A stretch of 59,499 bases of DNA, the filler included. It is 6 parts of 6 records of this genome, joined end to end, with 100 filler letters (N's around TTAATTAATTAA, not from the genome) between each part and the next. Parts side by side here need not be neighbours in the genome. Positions count along the whole stretch, not along the records: positions 30,520 to 37,137 come from SRR2962707_4492; positions 37,238 to 48,083 come from SRR2962707_4496; 4 more parts are not named here. One strand, written 5' to 3'. Within the stretch, counting starts at the first letter, position 1; every line of letters begins with the position of its first letter. Shown one piece after another: positions 33,449 through 43,446 of the stretch. The translations under genes and the position numbers were made by a program. The notes beneath the pieces are model-generated. The model was not told the DNA's origin. It saw nothing but the letters and a program-made list of their open reading frames with translations, and did not search any database.

Positions 33449-33645
33449 GATATCCTTGACCCCGTGGGTCTTGCCTGTTGTCGTATGCGAGACGCGCAAA
33501 CATTGCCGCCTCAGGTTTAGCGGTCCCGGACAAGGTATCGGCATAAGGCCGCTACGTCCAGAACGACAGAAAGAAACGCCAAAGCGCTTGCGCTCGCTGT
33601 CATACGTCTTAAATAAGCCGACCAGCCCCTCGGAACAAGGCAACC

Positions 33646-34242
33646 ATGGCATTCATCGCCCTAATAGCGTTTATCGTCGTCCCCGTCGTTGAAATCGCGG
33701 TCTTTATTCAGGTCGGCGAACGGATCGGCGTATGGTCGACCATCGGTGTTGTCATCCTGACGGCCATCATCGGAACCGCCATGCTGCGCCAGCAGGGCTT
33801 GTCGGTTCTGTTCCGTATTCAGGAAAATCTGCAGGCGAACCGGATACCGGTTCAGGAGCTGTTCGACGGGGTCTGCCTGGTCCTTGCCGGTGCGTTCCTC
33901 CTGACCCCGGGTTTCGTCACGGATACCATCGGGTTCCTGCTTTTCATCCCGCCGTTCCGGCACTGGCTTGCCGGCGAGATCGGCAAACGCGTAATCGCCA
34001 ACGCTAATGTACGCTATACCAGCCAGACCTATTCTGCCGGATCAGGCGATCCGTTTGGTCAGGGGAATGACAATCCGTACGGCAATCCGGGCCGGCGCCC
34101 GGGGGCTGGTCCGGTCATTGATGGCGATTATCAGGATGTGACGGATCAGCCGACGGGGCCGGCAGACCCCGATCATCAGATCGATAACAGCCCGTCCGGG
34201 CAAGATGACACGACATCGGATGGCCCCCGGCGCACGGATTAA
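33646..34242 (+). CDS. fxsA: FxsA family protein
   Basis: LLTPGFVTD; between Tim44 and secB. Confidence 0.92.
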   Translation: MAFIALIAFIVVPVVEIAVFIQVGERIGVWSTIGVVILTAIIGTAMLRQQGLSVLFRIQENLQANRIPVQELFDGVCLVLAGAFLLTPGFVTDTIGFLLFIPPFRHWLAGEIGKRVIANANVRYTSQTYSAGSGDPFGQGNDNPYGNPGRRPGAGPVIDGDYQDVTDQPTGPADPDHQIDNSPSGQDDTTSDGPRRTD

Positions 34243-34364
34243 TCCATTCTGATGCTGACGGGAGCGGCTTCCCGTTGATTGTGCCGCACATAAAAAGCGC
34301 TGCACAGTTGTCGATCTCCGAAAGACATGGTACCAGAAGCCCGCAATCGCTTGAGGAGTGCCAC

Positions 34365-34883
34365 ATGGCCGAAGAACAGACCCCCGCATCCGCAGAATCC
34401 GACGCCCCCGAAACCGCGCCGGTGGTGATCAATGCCCAGTATGTGAAGGACATGTCCTTCGAGGTCCCGAATGCGCCGGGCATTTTCGGCGAAATGCAGA
34501 AAACGTCTCCGGACATCAACATCGATATCCGGGTCAATGCGGATAGCCTCGGTGACCAGCTTTTCGAAGTGGCGATCACCATCAACACGAATTGCGATGT
34601 CGGCAAGCACAAGGGTTTCATCTTCGAGCTGGTCTATGCCGGGACCTTCACGCTGAACGTCCCCGAAGAGCACCTGCAAGCGGTTCTGCTGATCGAATGC
34701 CCGCGGCTTCTGTTCCCGTTCGCCCGCAACATCATTGCCGATGTCACCCGTGACGGCGGCTTCCCCCCGGTCATGCTGGGGCTGGTCGACTTCGTCGCCA
34801 TGTATCATCGCCGCATTCAGGAGCAGGGCGCAGCCGCCCAGGCCGCTGAAGCAAGCACCGAAGGCGACGTCAAACCGGACTGA
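34365..34883 (+). CDS. secB: Protein export chaperone SecB
   Basis: QYVKDMSFE, ECPRLLFPFAR. Confidence 0.95.
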   Translation: MAEEQTPASAESDAPETAPVVINAQYVKDMSFEVPNAPGIFGEMQKTSPDINIDIRVNADSLGDQLFEVAITINTNCDVGKHKGFIFELVYAGTFTLNVPEEHLQAVLLIECPRLLFPFARNIIADVTRDGGFPPVMLGLVDFVAMYHRRIQEQGAAAQAAEASTEGDVKPD

Positions 34884-34892
34884 GGTTGCGGC

Positions 34893-35603
34893 TTACACCC
34901 TGAGCCAGATCGGGTCCTTGATCTTTTCGAGAAATTCCTGATGCCGCGCCAGTTCTTCGGCACTGGCAGCGTGCGCGCGGGCTTCGCGCCGGCCGCTTGT
35001 CCCGGCCTGACCGGTCCCGCTCAAATCTGAGCCTTCGTCGGCGGCGTCGGCGGCCCTGGCGGCGGCATCCGCGGCCAGGTCCATCCCATGTTGCCGCCCG
35101 CCCAGCAATTCCAGATAGACGGCCGCGAGCAATTCGGAATCCAGGAGTGCGCCGTGCAGTTCGCGCCCGCTCAGATCGATACCGAAGCGCCGGCACAGTG
35201 CATCCAGTGACGCCTGCGCCCCGGGGAATTTGCGCCGCGCCATGCTGACAGTATCGATGGCGCGTTTTCTATCAAGTTCGGGCATCCCGAGACGGGCCAA
35301 TTCCGCATTGATGAAACCCATATCGAACGCCGCATTATGAATGACCAGCGGCGCGTCACCGACGAACTCGACGAAGGCTTCGGCAATATCGGCAAACACC
35401 GGCTGTCCGCTCAGGAAATCTTCGCTGAGGCCGTGCACCCGTTCCGCCTCGACCGGCATGTCGCGTTCGGGATTGATGTACTGATGATAGGTTTTGCCCG
35501 TGGGCACATGATTGAAAAGTTCGATACAGCCGATTTCCACGATCCTGTGCCCGGCTTTCGGGTCAAGGCCTGTGGTTTCCGTATCCAGAACGATTTCCCT
35601 CAT
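34893..35603 (-). CDS. dnaQ: DNA polymerase III epsilon subunit
   Basis: LDTETTG, HNAAFD, HGALLDS. Confidence 0.96.
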   Translation of the reverse strand: MREIVLDTETTGLDPKAGHRIVEIGCIELFNHVPTGKTYHQYINPERDMPVEAERVHGLSEDFLSGQPVFADIAEAFVEFVGDAPLVIHNAAFDMGFINAELARLGMPELDRKRAIDTVSMARRKFPGAQASLDALCRRFGIDLSGRELHGALLDSELLAAVYLELLGGRQHGMDLAADAAARAADAADEGSDLSGTGQAGTSGRREARAHAASAEELARHQEFLEKIKDPIWLRV

Positions 35604-35630
35604 CGATTGTCCCCACACTCTGAACGGTGA

Positions 35631-36245
35631 TCAGAACGGGGGCCAGTGGGTCCCCGTCGTGCTGCAGGCAATTGTCGCAATTTGACGAATGATCGGCAAG
35701 CTGTGAGAACGGCCAAGACCGGTGAAAATCACAAAATCTGCTGCTCTTCTCTTCAAATAGTCCGGTATCTGGTGTTTCAGGACCTCCTGAAACCGCTCTT
35801 CCGTCATCCCGGGACGGCGCAACACACGGCGGCGCTGTTCGCGGTAAGGGGCGGAGACGACACACACCGCATCGCAGCTGTTTTCGGCACCGGTTTCGAA
35901 CAGCAACGGTATATCCAGAACCACCGCCGGCGTCCTCAGACGGGCATGCATCCCCAGAAACGCGTTCTTCTGCCGGCGCACCATGGGGTGCAGTATACTC
36001 TCCAGCTTGCGGAGGGCCGGGTCATCGCCGAAGACGCGCTTCCCCAATGCCGGACGGTCGACCGCGCCGTCCTTGACGACGCCCGGAAAGGCATCCCCGA
36101 CCGGGCCAACCGCAGCGCCGCCTTTGGACATCAACTTGTGCACGGCGGCGTCGGAATCATGAACCGGCAGCCCCAGCCGCCGAAAATCGCCGGCTGCAAC
36201 GGTCTTGCCCATGCCGATCGAGCCGGTCAGACCCAGAATGAACAT
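35631..36245 (-). CDS. coaE: Dephospho-CoA kinase
   Basis: GLTGSIGMGKT, DIPLLFE. Confidence 0.95.
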   Translation of the reverse strand: MFILGLTGSIGMGKTVAAGDFRRLGLPVHDSDAAVHKLMSKGGAAVGPVGDAFPGVVKDGAVDRPALGKRVFGDDPALRKLESILHPMVRRQKNAFLGMHARLRTPAVVLDIPLLFETGAENSCDAVCVVSAPYREQRRRVLRRPGMTEERFQEVLKHQIPDYLKRRAADFVIFTGLGRSHSLPIIRQIATIACSTTGTHWPPF

Positions 36246-37108
36246 CAGCTGTCCGCGCGTCCGGCAAGAACATGGGTGCGCAGCTTATCATCTACGACCG
36301 GCTGCCCGCCGAACCATGCTTCGAACCCGGGGCGTGCCTGATGCAGAAGCATCCCGAGCCCGTCGACCGCTTTCAGACCCTGCGCTTCAGCCGCGGCCAG
36401 CAACGGCGTTTTCAGCGGTGCATAGACGATATCGTTGACCACGGCATCCGCGGATAACCCGTCGAGGCTGATATCCAGCGGCGGCTTGCCGGTCATGCCC
36501 AGGGTTGTCGTATTCACCAAAAGCCCGGCACCTTCGCAGGCGGCGTTGCGATCATCCCAGGCAACGACGTTGACGGGCGAGCCGAAATGACGGGCGAGGT
36601 CATCTGCGCGTGCAGACGTCCGGTTGGTCAGACGGATGTCACCAACACCGGCTGAAATCAGGGCTTCCAGCACGGCCCGCGCCGCACCACCAGCACCCAG
36701 AACGACAGCCGGTTTATCGGTCCCCTGCCAGGCTGGGACGGCGGCGCGGATGTTTTCCATAAAACCGAACGCATCCGTATTATCGCCGACCAGTTTCCCG
36801 TCTTCGCCACAGATGATCGTATTGACCGCGCCGATCCGTTCCGCCGCCGGGCGCAGGACATCGACAGTCCGGAAAGCCGCTTCCTTGTGCGGCACCGTGA
36901 CGTTTGCTCCCCTGAAGCCCAGTTTCGGCAAGGCGCGAATGGCATCTTCGATATCGTCAGGGGCAACCGGTAACGGCAGATACACACCATCGATCCCCAG
37001 CTGGTCGAGCCAATACCCGTGCAGCCGGGGCGACAGCGAATGGTTCACCGGCCAGCCGATAACGCCGGCTTTCAGGGTTGTCGATGTAACAGACGGCATG
37101 CGGTGCAC
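36245..37108 (-). CDS. aroE: Shikimate dehydrogenase
   Basis: HSLSP, NVTVPHK, NTD, GAGGAA. Confidence 0.95.
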   Translation of the reverse strand: MHRMPSVTSTTLKAGVIGWPVNHSLSPRLHGYWLDQLGIDGVYLPLPVAPDDIEDAIRALPKLGFRGANVTVPHKEAAFRTVDVLRPAAERIGAVNTIICGEDGKLVGDNTDAFGFMENIRAAVPAWQGTDKPAVVLGAGGAARAVLEALISAGVGDIRLTNRTSARADDLARHFGSPVNVVAWDDRNAACEGAGLLVNTTTLGMTGKPPLDISLDGLSADAVVNDIVYAPLKTPLLAAAEAQGLKAVDGLGMLLHQARPGFEAWFGGQPVVDDKLRTHVLAGRADS

Positions 37109-37137
37109 TCCTTTATGCGGCGAGAATGCCCCGTTTC

Positions 37138-37237
37138 NNNNNNNNNNNNNNNNNNNNNNNNNNNNNNNNNNNNNNNNNNNNTTAATTAATTAANNNNNNN
37201 NNNNNNNNNNNNNNNNNNNNNNNNNNNNNNNNNNNNN
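37138..37237. other. Artificial contig linker
   Basis: N-TTAATTAATTAA-N. Confidence 0.98.
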
Positions 37238-37360
37238 GTTGGTCACGCTCATCAGCGGGGTATGCAGTGCCGGTGTGACGGACCACACCACGAAATAGCC
37301 GACAAAGATCGCCAGCACGAAGATCGCCAGCCGGAAAGTGAACGGGTCGATGGCTTCCAT
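37238..37360 (-). CDS. pntAb: NAD(P) transhydrogenase alpha-2 (membrane part), N-terminal fragment
   Basis: Manual translation MEAIDPFTFRLAIFVLAIFVGYFVVWSVTPALHTPLMSVTN; TAATG overlap with pntA. Confidence 0.9.
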
Positions 37361-38928
37361 TACTGGTCTCCCTTGGGTGTATCAGGCTTGGTTTCGGCAG
37401 GCGTATTGGCTGGTGCCTTGGCAGCGGCCGACTTGGCGGCTGGTTTCTTGGCCGCCGGTTTCTTGGCAGCTGGCTTTTTCGCCGCTGCCGTCTTGGCAGC
37501 TGCGGTCTTGGCTGCCGCGTCAGCGTCTGCTGCTGCCTTGCTGCGCACAGGCCGGGCCCGCACGGGCTTGGGCGCTGCCGCAGCGTCGATCAGGGCCTCA
37601 GCCTTGCGCTTGGCCGCGATTTTTCTGGCGGTTGGCGGCTTGGCTGTCGCGGTCTTGGCGGCAGCTGGTTTGGCCGCGGTCGACTTACTCGCAGCAGGCT
37701 TGGCTGTTGCTGGCTTGGCACCCGCAGCTTTGGACGCAGGCTTCTTGGCTGCAGCCGACTTGGCATCGGCCTTGGCAGGCGCTGCTGGTTTGGCGTCACC
37801 ACCGGTAAAGCTTGGATGCACCACCGCACCATCGCGCGTCAGCACGGTCGCCTTGACCAGTTCATCATCCCAGTTGATGGCGAGCTTCTTTTCCTTGGCG
37901 TCGATCAACGTCGTCAGGAAGGCCAGCAGATTGCGGGCATAAAGCTGGCTGGCGGTGGTCGGGATGCGACCCTGCACATTGGTGTAACCAATGATCGTCA
38001 CGCCATTATGCTCGATAACCTGGCCTGGCACCGTCAATTCGACATTGCCGCCGCGTTCGGCCGCCAGATCGACGATCACCGAACCCGGTGCCATCGATTC
38101 CACCATTGCCTTGGTGATCAGCCGCGGCGCTGGGCGCCCCGGGATCAGCGCGGTGGTGATCACGATATCCTGCTTGGCGATGTGCGCCGCTGTCAGATCG
38201 GCCTGCTTGGCCTGATATTCGGCACTCATCTGCTTGGCGTAACCGCCAGCAGTTTCAGCCTGCTTGAACTCTTCGTCCTCAACGGCAACGAACTTGCCGC
38301 CCAGGCTCTCTACCTGTTCCTTGGCAGCGGGGCGCACATCGGTGGCCGAAACCACAGCACCCAGACGCTTGGCCGTGGCAATCGCCTGCAGCCCTGCCAC
38401 ACCCGCACCCATCACGAAGGCCTTGGCCGGACGCACCGTGCCGGCCGCCGTCATCATCATCGGGAATGCGCGGTCGAACGCTGCTGCGGCTTCAATGACG
38501 CCCTGATAGCCGGCCAGATTGGCCTGACTGGAAAGGATGTCCATTACCTGTGCGCGCGTGATGCGCGGCATGAATTCCATCGACACTGCGGTCACACCGG
38601 CCTTGGCCAGCGCCGCAACGTCCTTGTCATTGCCATAGGGGTCCAGCGCGCCGATCACCAGCGCACCCTTGCTGACGCCGGCCAGCGAGGCCGCGCTTGG
38701 GCGGCGCACGGTCAGCACCACATCAGCACTTTTCAGGGCAGCCGCAGCATTGGCCGCAATAGCCGCACCCGCCGCTTCATAGTCCTTGTCCAGAATGCGC
38801 GAGCCGAGCCCGGCGCCTTTCTCGACCTGAACGCTGGCACCCAGCGCGATGAGCTTGCCGACCGTCTCGGGGGTAGCCGCAACGCGGTTCTCTCCCTCGA
38901 CACGCTCGCGGACGATGGCAATTTTCAT
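37360..38928 (-). CDS. pntA: NAD(P) transhydrogenase alpha-1 with Ala/Lys/Pro-rich C-terminal tail
   Basis: RVAATPET, GAGVAGL, TALIPGRPAP. Confidence 0.94.
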   Translation of the reverse strand: MKIAIVRERVEGENRVAATPETVGKLIALGASVQVEKGAGLGSRILDKDYEAAGAAIAANAAAALKSADVVLTVRRPSAASLAGVSKGALVIGALDPYGNDKDVAALAKAGVTAVSMEFMPRITRAQVMDILSSQANLAGYQGVIEAAAAFDRAFPMMMTAAGTVRPAKAFVMGAGVAGLQAIATAKRLGAVVSATDVRPAAKEQVESLGGKFVAVEDEEFKQAETAGGYAKQMSAEYQAKQADLTAAHIAKQDIVITTALIPGRPAPRLITKAMVESMAPGSVIVDLAAERGGNVELTVPGQVIEHNGVTIIGYTNVQGRIPTTASQLYARNLLAFLTTLIDAKEKKLAINWDDELVKATVLTRDGAVVHPSFTGGDAKPAAPAKADAKSAAAKKPASKAAGAKPATAKPAASKSTAAKPAAAKTATAKPPTARKIAAKRKAEALIDAAAAPKPVRARPVRSKAAADADAAAKTAAAKTAAAKKPAAKKPAAKKPAAKSAAAKAPANTPAETKPDTPKGDQ

Positions 38929-38992
38929 AAAAGTCTCCTGCCCGCCTGTCCGGCGGACAGGCTCGAATAAAGTGCCTGTACCCGCGCTGAAA

Positions 38993-39160
38993 TCAGGGCT
39001 GGATCAGGAAGTAAAGAATGACCATGGATGCCGCCAGGCCAATCACGGCCCACTTCGTGCCGGTAATGAAGCCATTATAGGTGGCCTCGTGCTGGGCGTA
39101 GTCCATCGGCGATTCAACCTGCACATCGGAATGGTGTTCGGGGCGGTGCTTGGTGGCCAT
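38993..39160 (-). CDS. aa3-type cytochrome c oxidase subunit IV
   Basis: MDYAQHEATYNGF plus TM helix. Confidence 0.85.
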   Translation of the reverse strand: MATKHRPEHHSDVQVESPMDYAQHEATYNGFITGTKWAVIGLAASMVILYFLIQP

Positions 39161-39225
39161 TTCGTCCTCGTAAGTCCAGTAGTCTATAAGTCTAAGTGCC
39201 CGATTGCAGGCACGCAAATTGGCAC

Positions 39226-41028
39226 TCAGGGCGCCGTTGCTTCCAGCTCGTCGATCAGCCCCTCGATCATCGAGAGACCCAGCGACCAGAATTGGGGATC
39301 CTTGGCATCCAGTCCGAACGGCGCAAGCAGTTCGGAGTGATGCTTGCTTCCCCCGGCCTTGAGCAGCTCGAAATAGCGCTCGGCGAAGCCTTCACTGGAC
39401 TTCTCATACTGCGCGTAGAGCGAGTTCACAAGGCAGTCACCAAAGGCATAGGCGTAGACATAGAATGGGGAGTGGATGAAGTGCGGAATATAGGCCCAGA
39501 AGACATCATAGCCTTCATTGGCAATCACCGCGTCGCCCAGTGATTCCTGCTGCACATCGAGCCAGATCTGATTGATCTCTTCCGTCTTGAGCTCACCCTG
39601 GCGCCGCGCGGTGTGAACGCGCCGCTCGAAGGTGTAGAATGCGATCTGTCGTACCACAGTATTGAGCATGTCTTCGACCTTGCTCGAGAGCAGGGCGAAG
39701 CGCTGTTTTGGATCGGTCGTCTTGGCCAGCAGCGAGCGGAAGGTCAGCATCTCGCCAAACACCGACGCGGTTTCGGCCAGGGTCAATGGTGTATTGGCCA
39801 GAATGGGGCCCTGCGCCGCAGCCAGCCGCTGATGCACGCCATGCCCCAGCTCATGCGCCAGCGTCATGATATCGCGCGAACGACCCATATAGTTCAGCAT
39901 CAGATAGGGATGCGCGCTGGGCACGGTCGGATGCGCGAACGCACCGGACAGCTTGCCATCGCCACTGGGCGCATCGATCCAGCCCGAATTGAAGAACGGC
40001 TCGGCATATTCCGCCAGCTGAGGCGAGAACTGGCCATAGGCCTCCATCACCGTCGACACCGCACTATCCCAGTCCCACACCCGCTCGTCGCTTGTGGGCA
40101 ATGGCGCATTGCGATCCCAGGCGTTCAGCTTGTCCTTGCCGAACCATTTGGCCTTCATCTTGTAATAGCGATGGCTCAGGCGGGGATAGGCATCCTCGAC
40201 CGCCTTTTGCAGCGCATCGACCACTTCGCGCTCCACCGAATTGGCCATATGCCGGCTATCGGCAATGTCCTGGTAGCCGCGCCAGCGATCAGAAATCTCC
40301 TTGTCCTTGGCCAGCACATTGGTGATGTGGGTGAACAGCCGCGCATTTTGCGCCAGCGTCTTGCCCAGCGCCTTGAACGCGGCTTCGCGCTTGGTTTCAT
40401 CCTTGTCCGAAAGCAGGTGCAGCGCCGCTTCCATGCTCAGCGTTTCGCCGTTCACCTCGAATTCGAGGCTGCTCAGCGTCTCGTCGAACAGCCGGTTCCA
40501 CGCCGAAAACGACGTGGTCGACTTGTCGTGGAACAGTTCTTCTAGCTTATCATCGAGCTGATAGGGCTTGGCCTTGCGCAGTTCGTCGAACCAGGTCCGG
40601 TAGCGCGCCAGCTCGCTGTCGCCCGCCATCGCTGCCTCAAGATCGGCATCGGCAATCCGGTTCAGTTCGAGTTCGAAGAACAGCACCTTGGTGGCCAGAT
40701 TGGTGATCGCCTCATTGGTGTCACCCATGAACTTGGCCCGGTCGGGGTCGGTCGACTTCTGCGCATATTGCAGAAAAGCGAACGAGCCGAGCCGGCCGGT
40801 CAGATCGCCCAGCGCTTCGCTGTCCTTGATCGCCTTGAGCAGTTGACCCGATTTGGTCAGCGCGACCAGCTTGCCCTTATAGGCAGCTTCAAAGGCCACT
40901 GCGTCCGCCTTGGCCTTTTCCAGATCGCCCTTGAAGGCGGCGCTGTCGCCGCCGGGATAAAGGTCCGTCAGATCCCACACCGGCAAGGTGCCGAACTCGT
41001 TGTGGCTCTTTTGAGCGGGCGTGGTCAT
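39226..41028 (-). CDS. pepF: M3B oligoendopeptidase F
   Basis: WDLTDLY, HELGH, AETAS, YVYAY. Confidence 0.92.
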   Translation of the reverse strand: MTTPAQKSHNEFGTLPVWDLTDLYPGGDSAAFKGDLEKAKADAVAFEAAYKGKLVALTKSGQLLKAIKDSEALGDLTGRLGSFAFLQYAQKSTDPDRAKFMGDTNEAITNLATKVLFFELELNRIADADLEAAMAGDSELARYRTWFDELRKAKPYQLDDKLEELFHDKSTTSFSAWNRLFDETLSSLEFEVNGETLSMEAALHLLSDKDETKREAAFKALGKTLAQNARLFTHITNVLAKDKEISDRWRGYQDIADSRHMANSVEREVVDALQKAVEDAYPRLSHRYYKMKAKWFGKDKLNAWDRNAPLPTSDERVWDWDSAVSTVMEAYGQFSPQLAEYAEPFFNSGWIDAPSGDGKLSGAFAHPTVPSAHPYLMLNYMGRSRDIMTLAHELGHGVHQRLAAAQGPILANTPLTLAETASVFGEMLTFRSLLAKTTDPKQRFALLSSKVEDMLNTVVRQIAFYTFERRVHTARRQGELKTEEINQIWLDVQQESLGDAVIANEGYDVFWAYIPHFIHSPFYVYAYAFGDCLVNSLYAQYEKSSEGFAERYFELLKAGGSKHHSELLAPFGLDAKDPQFWSLGLSMIEGLIDELEATAP

Positions 41029-41171
41029 GCGGTCTCTCCGGCTGGTCAATGGCGCGCGGACCTTAGCCAGACGGGGGCCTTATGGAAAGAGTGACACTTC
41101 AGCCGCCCCGCCAAATACCGGGCTAAACCGGTGCCAATGCCAACAATGTGGCTCAAGCAAAATCACTATGA

Positions 41172-41186
41172 TTAATCCCCTCTTAA
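41172..41186 (+). promoter_or_regulatory. Putative CtrA-binding box
   Basis: Exact TTAA-N7-TTAA (ttaatcccctcttaa) about 70 bp upstream of the sigma-54 regulator. Confidence 0.65.
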
Positions 41187-41256
41187 GGCCCTCGGCTCAT
41201 CTTGTTCCCAAAACGGCACACGATTCGATGCCGTAGCAAAAAAGGCCGGAGTTTGA

Positions 41257-42741
41257 ATGACGCGCATTCTGGTAGTCGATGATGATCCGGTTCAGCTGCG
41301 CCTGACTGCCGAAGTCGCCAACAAGGCTGGCTTCAAGCCGCTTACGGCAACTGGCGGCGAACAGGCCCTGACCATTCTGCGCGAAGATCGCAACATCGGC
41401 GCGATGATCCTTGATCTGGTCATGCCTGATCTTGACGGCATGGGCGTGATGGACGCCATGCGCCGCGAAGGCCTGACCACCCCCGTCATCATCCAGACCG
41501 GCAATGCCTCGCTCGAAACCGTCATTTCTGCCATGCGCAATGGCGCCGCAGACTATTTCGTCAAGCCGGTCGCGCCCGAGCGCCTCGTCATCTCGCTGCG
41601 CAACGCCATGAAGCTGGATGCACTCGAGGCCACCATTCGGGCCGAACGCGCCCGCAAGTCGGGCAATTTCAGCGCCACCGACATGATTGCCGAGGCGCCC
41701 TCCATGGCCCGCGTCATCAGCCTGTGCGCCAAGGCCGCCAAGTCCACCATTCCAGTGCTGATCGAAGGCGAGACTGGGGTCGGCAAGGAGCTTATCGCGC
41801 GCATCATTCAGGGTTCAGGTGATCGGGCCGGCAAGCCCTTCGTCACCGTCAATTGCGGCGCCATCCCGCCCAATCTGGTGGAATCCGTCCTGTTCGGCCA
41901 CAAAAAGGGTGCCTTTACCGGTGCCATTGCCGACCAGCCCGGCAAGTTCTCCGAAGCCCATAACGGCACGCTGTTCCTAGACGAAGTGGGCGAACTGCCC
42001 CTCGAAACCCAGGTCAAGCTGCTGCGCGCCCTACAGGAAGGCGAGATCGAGCCCGTCGGCGCCACCCGCACTGAGCGCGTCAATGTCCGCGTCATTTCGG
42101 CGACCAATCGCCGCCTGCTCAATCTGGCAAAATCCGGTGAGTTCCGCGAAGATCTCTATTACCGCCTGAACGTCTTCCCCATTTATACCCCGCCCCTGCG
42201 CGAGCGGATGGAAGACATGCCCGCAATGGTCTCGATGTTCATCGCCCGCTTCGCGGCCGAGGCTGGCAAGCGCATACTGGGCATTTCGCCCGCCGCCCTT
42301 GAACTGCTGCGCAATTACGACTGGCCTGGCAATGTCCGCCAGCTTGAAAATGCCGTCTATCGCGCCGTAATCCTCAGCGATGGCGCCTTCCTCGAAAGCG
42401 TGGACTTCCCGCAGATCATCGCTCAGGCCAGCGGGCGTGAACTGGCCATCAAGGCCATCGAAGCCGCCCCCGTCGCCGCCGCGCCAACCCATATCGACAC
42501 CGCCACCGCCCGCCAACGCGTCGACTTCACCCCGCCCGCCGCACCCGACCGCTTCCTTGACCCGACCGGCGAAATCGCCGCCCTGGCCGAGATCGAACGT
42601 GCTGCCATCGTCTTTGCCATCGCCCATCATGGCGGCCGCATGTCACGCGTCGCCCGCGCCCTCAAGATTGGCCGCTCCACCCTCTACCGCAAACTGCATG
42701 AATACGGTCTGGCCGAAGAACTTCTCAGCGACGCGGCCTGA
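41257..42741 (+). CDS. tacA: Sigma-54-dependent response regulator, TacA-like
   Basis: REC + GETGVGKE + GAFTGA + Fis HTH; pepF/DUF882 neighbourhood and CtrA box support TacA. Confidence 0.75.
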   Translation: MTRILVVDDDPVQLRLTAEVANKAGFKPLTATGGEQALTILREDRNIGAMILDLVMPDLDGMGVMDAMRREGLTTPVIIQTGNASLETVISAMRNGAADYFVKPVAPERLVISLRNAMKLDALEATIRAERARKSGNFSATDMIAEAPSMARVISLCAKAAKSTIPVLIEGETGVGKELIARIIQGSGDRAGKPFVTVNCGAIPPNLVESVLFGHKKGAFTGAIADQPGKFSEAHNGTLFLDEVGELPLETQVKLLRALQEGEIEPVGATRTERVNVRVISATNRRLLNLAKSGEFREDLYYRLNVFPIYTPPLRERMEDMPAMVSMFIARFAAEAGKRILGISPAALELLRNYDWPGNVRQLENAVYRAVILSDGAFLESVDFPQIIAQASGRELAIKAIEAAPVAAAPTHIDTATARQRVDFTPPAAPDRFLDPTGEIAALAEIERAAIVFAIAHHGGRMSRVARALKIGRSTLYRKLHEYGLAEELLSDAA

Positions 42742-42761
42742 ACAGCGCCCGAATGGCTCGT

Positions 42762-43307
42762 TTACGAAGACGATCCGCGACCTGCCTCGCCACTTCTAGC
42801 CAGAATATCATCGACGACGCGCGCCAGTGGCGCCGTCGCATCGATTGCAGTGCCACGCTCGGGGATATTCTCTTTGGTGGCGTGCAATCGCATGACAAGC
42901 GCACGCTCGGCAGGCAGGCCGCCAAACTCATCCTCCGGCCGCCCGACTAGCCGCCGGGTCAACGTCTGGGCATCAATCTCGAGCACGAACACGGCGTCGA
43001 AAAGATCAATGAAGTGGCGCGAATTTCTTGAGGCGCCACAGAAGAAGGTTATGGCTTCGCCTTGATCAGCCACCAATGATCGGACCGTGTCGACAGGCCA
43101 GATCCAGTGTGCATTCACCCAGGCTGCACTGTCCGCCACCCCAGGCCCACGCGGGGGTTCAAGTCGCGCCCCGGTCTGCGGGTCGCCATGATAGGCCAGT
43201 ACCCGGTCCCCGTGAATGACATGATAGCCGCGCCGCTGCAGTTCCTCGGCCACGCTGGTCTTGCCGCTCCCCGATACGCCCTCGATCAGATAGTTCCTAA
43301 TGCCCAT
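42762..43307 (-). CDS. P-loop nucleoside/nucleotide kinase-like protein
   Basis: IEGVSGSGKT Walker A. Confidence 0.8.
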   Translation of the reverse strand: MGIRNYLIEGVSGSGKTSVAEELQRRGYHVIHGDRVLAYHGDPQTGARLEPPRGPGVADSAAWVNAHWIWPVDTVRSLVADQGEAITFFCGASRNSRHFIDLFDAVFVLEIDAQTLTRRLVGRPEDEFGGLPAERALVMRLHATKENIPERGTAIDATAPLARVVDDILARSGEAGRGSSS

Positions 43308-43446
43308 TGCATCCTCTTTGGCGCGGCGCGCCCACTCAAAGCCCGCTACCCCAGCACCAACCCCGATCTTGCGCCCAAACCAGCGCCGCCAGCGCATCCA
43401 CTCATCCTCGGTGCTCTTGATCTGGGCCTGTTAGCCCACATCACCC

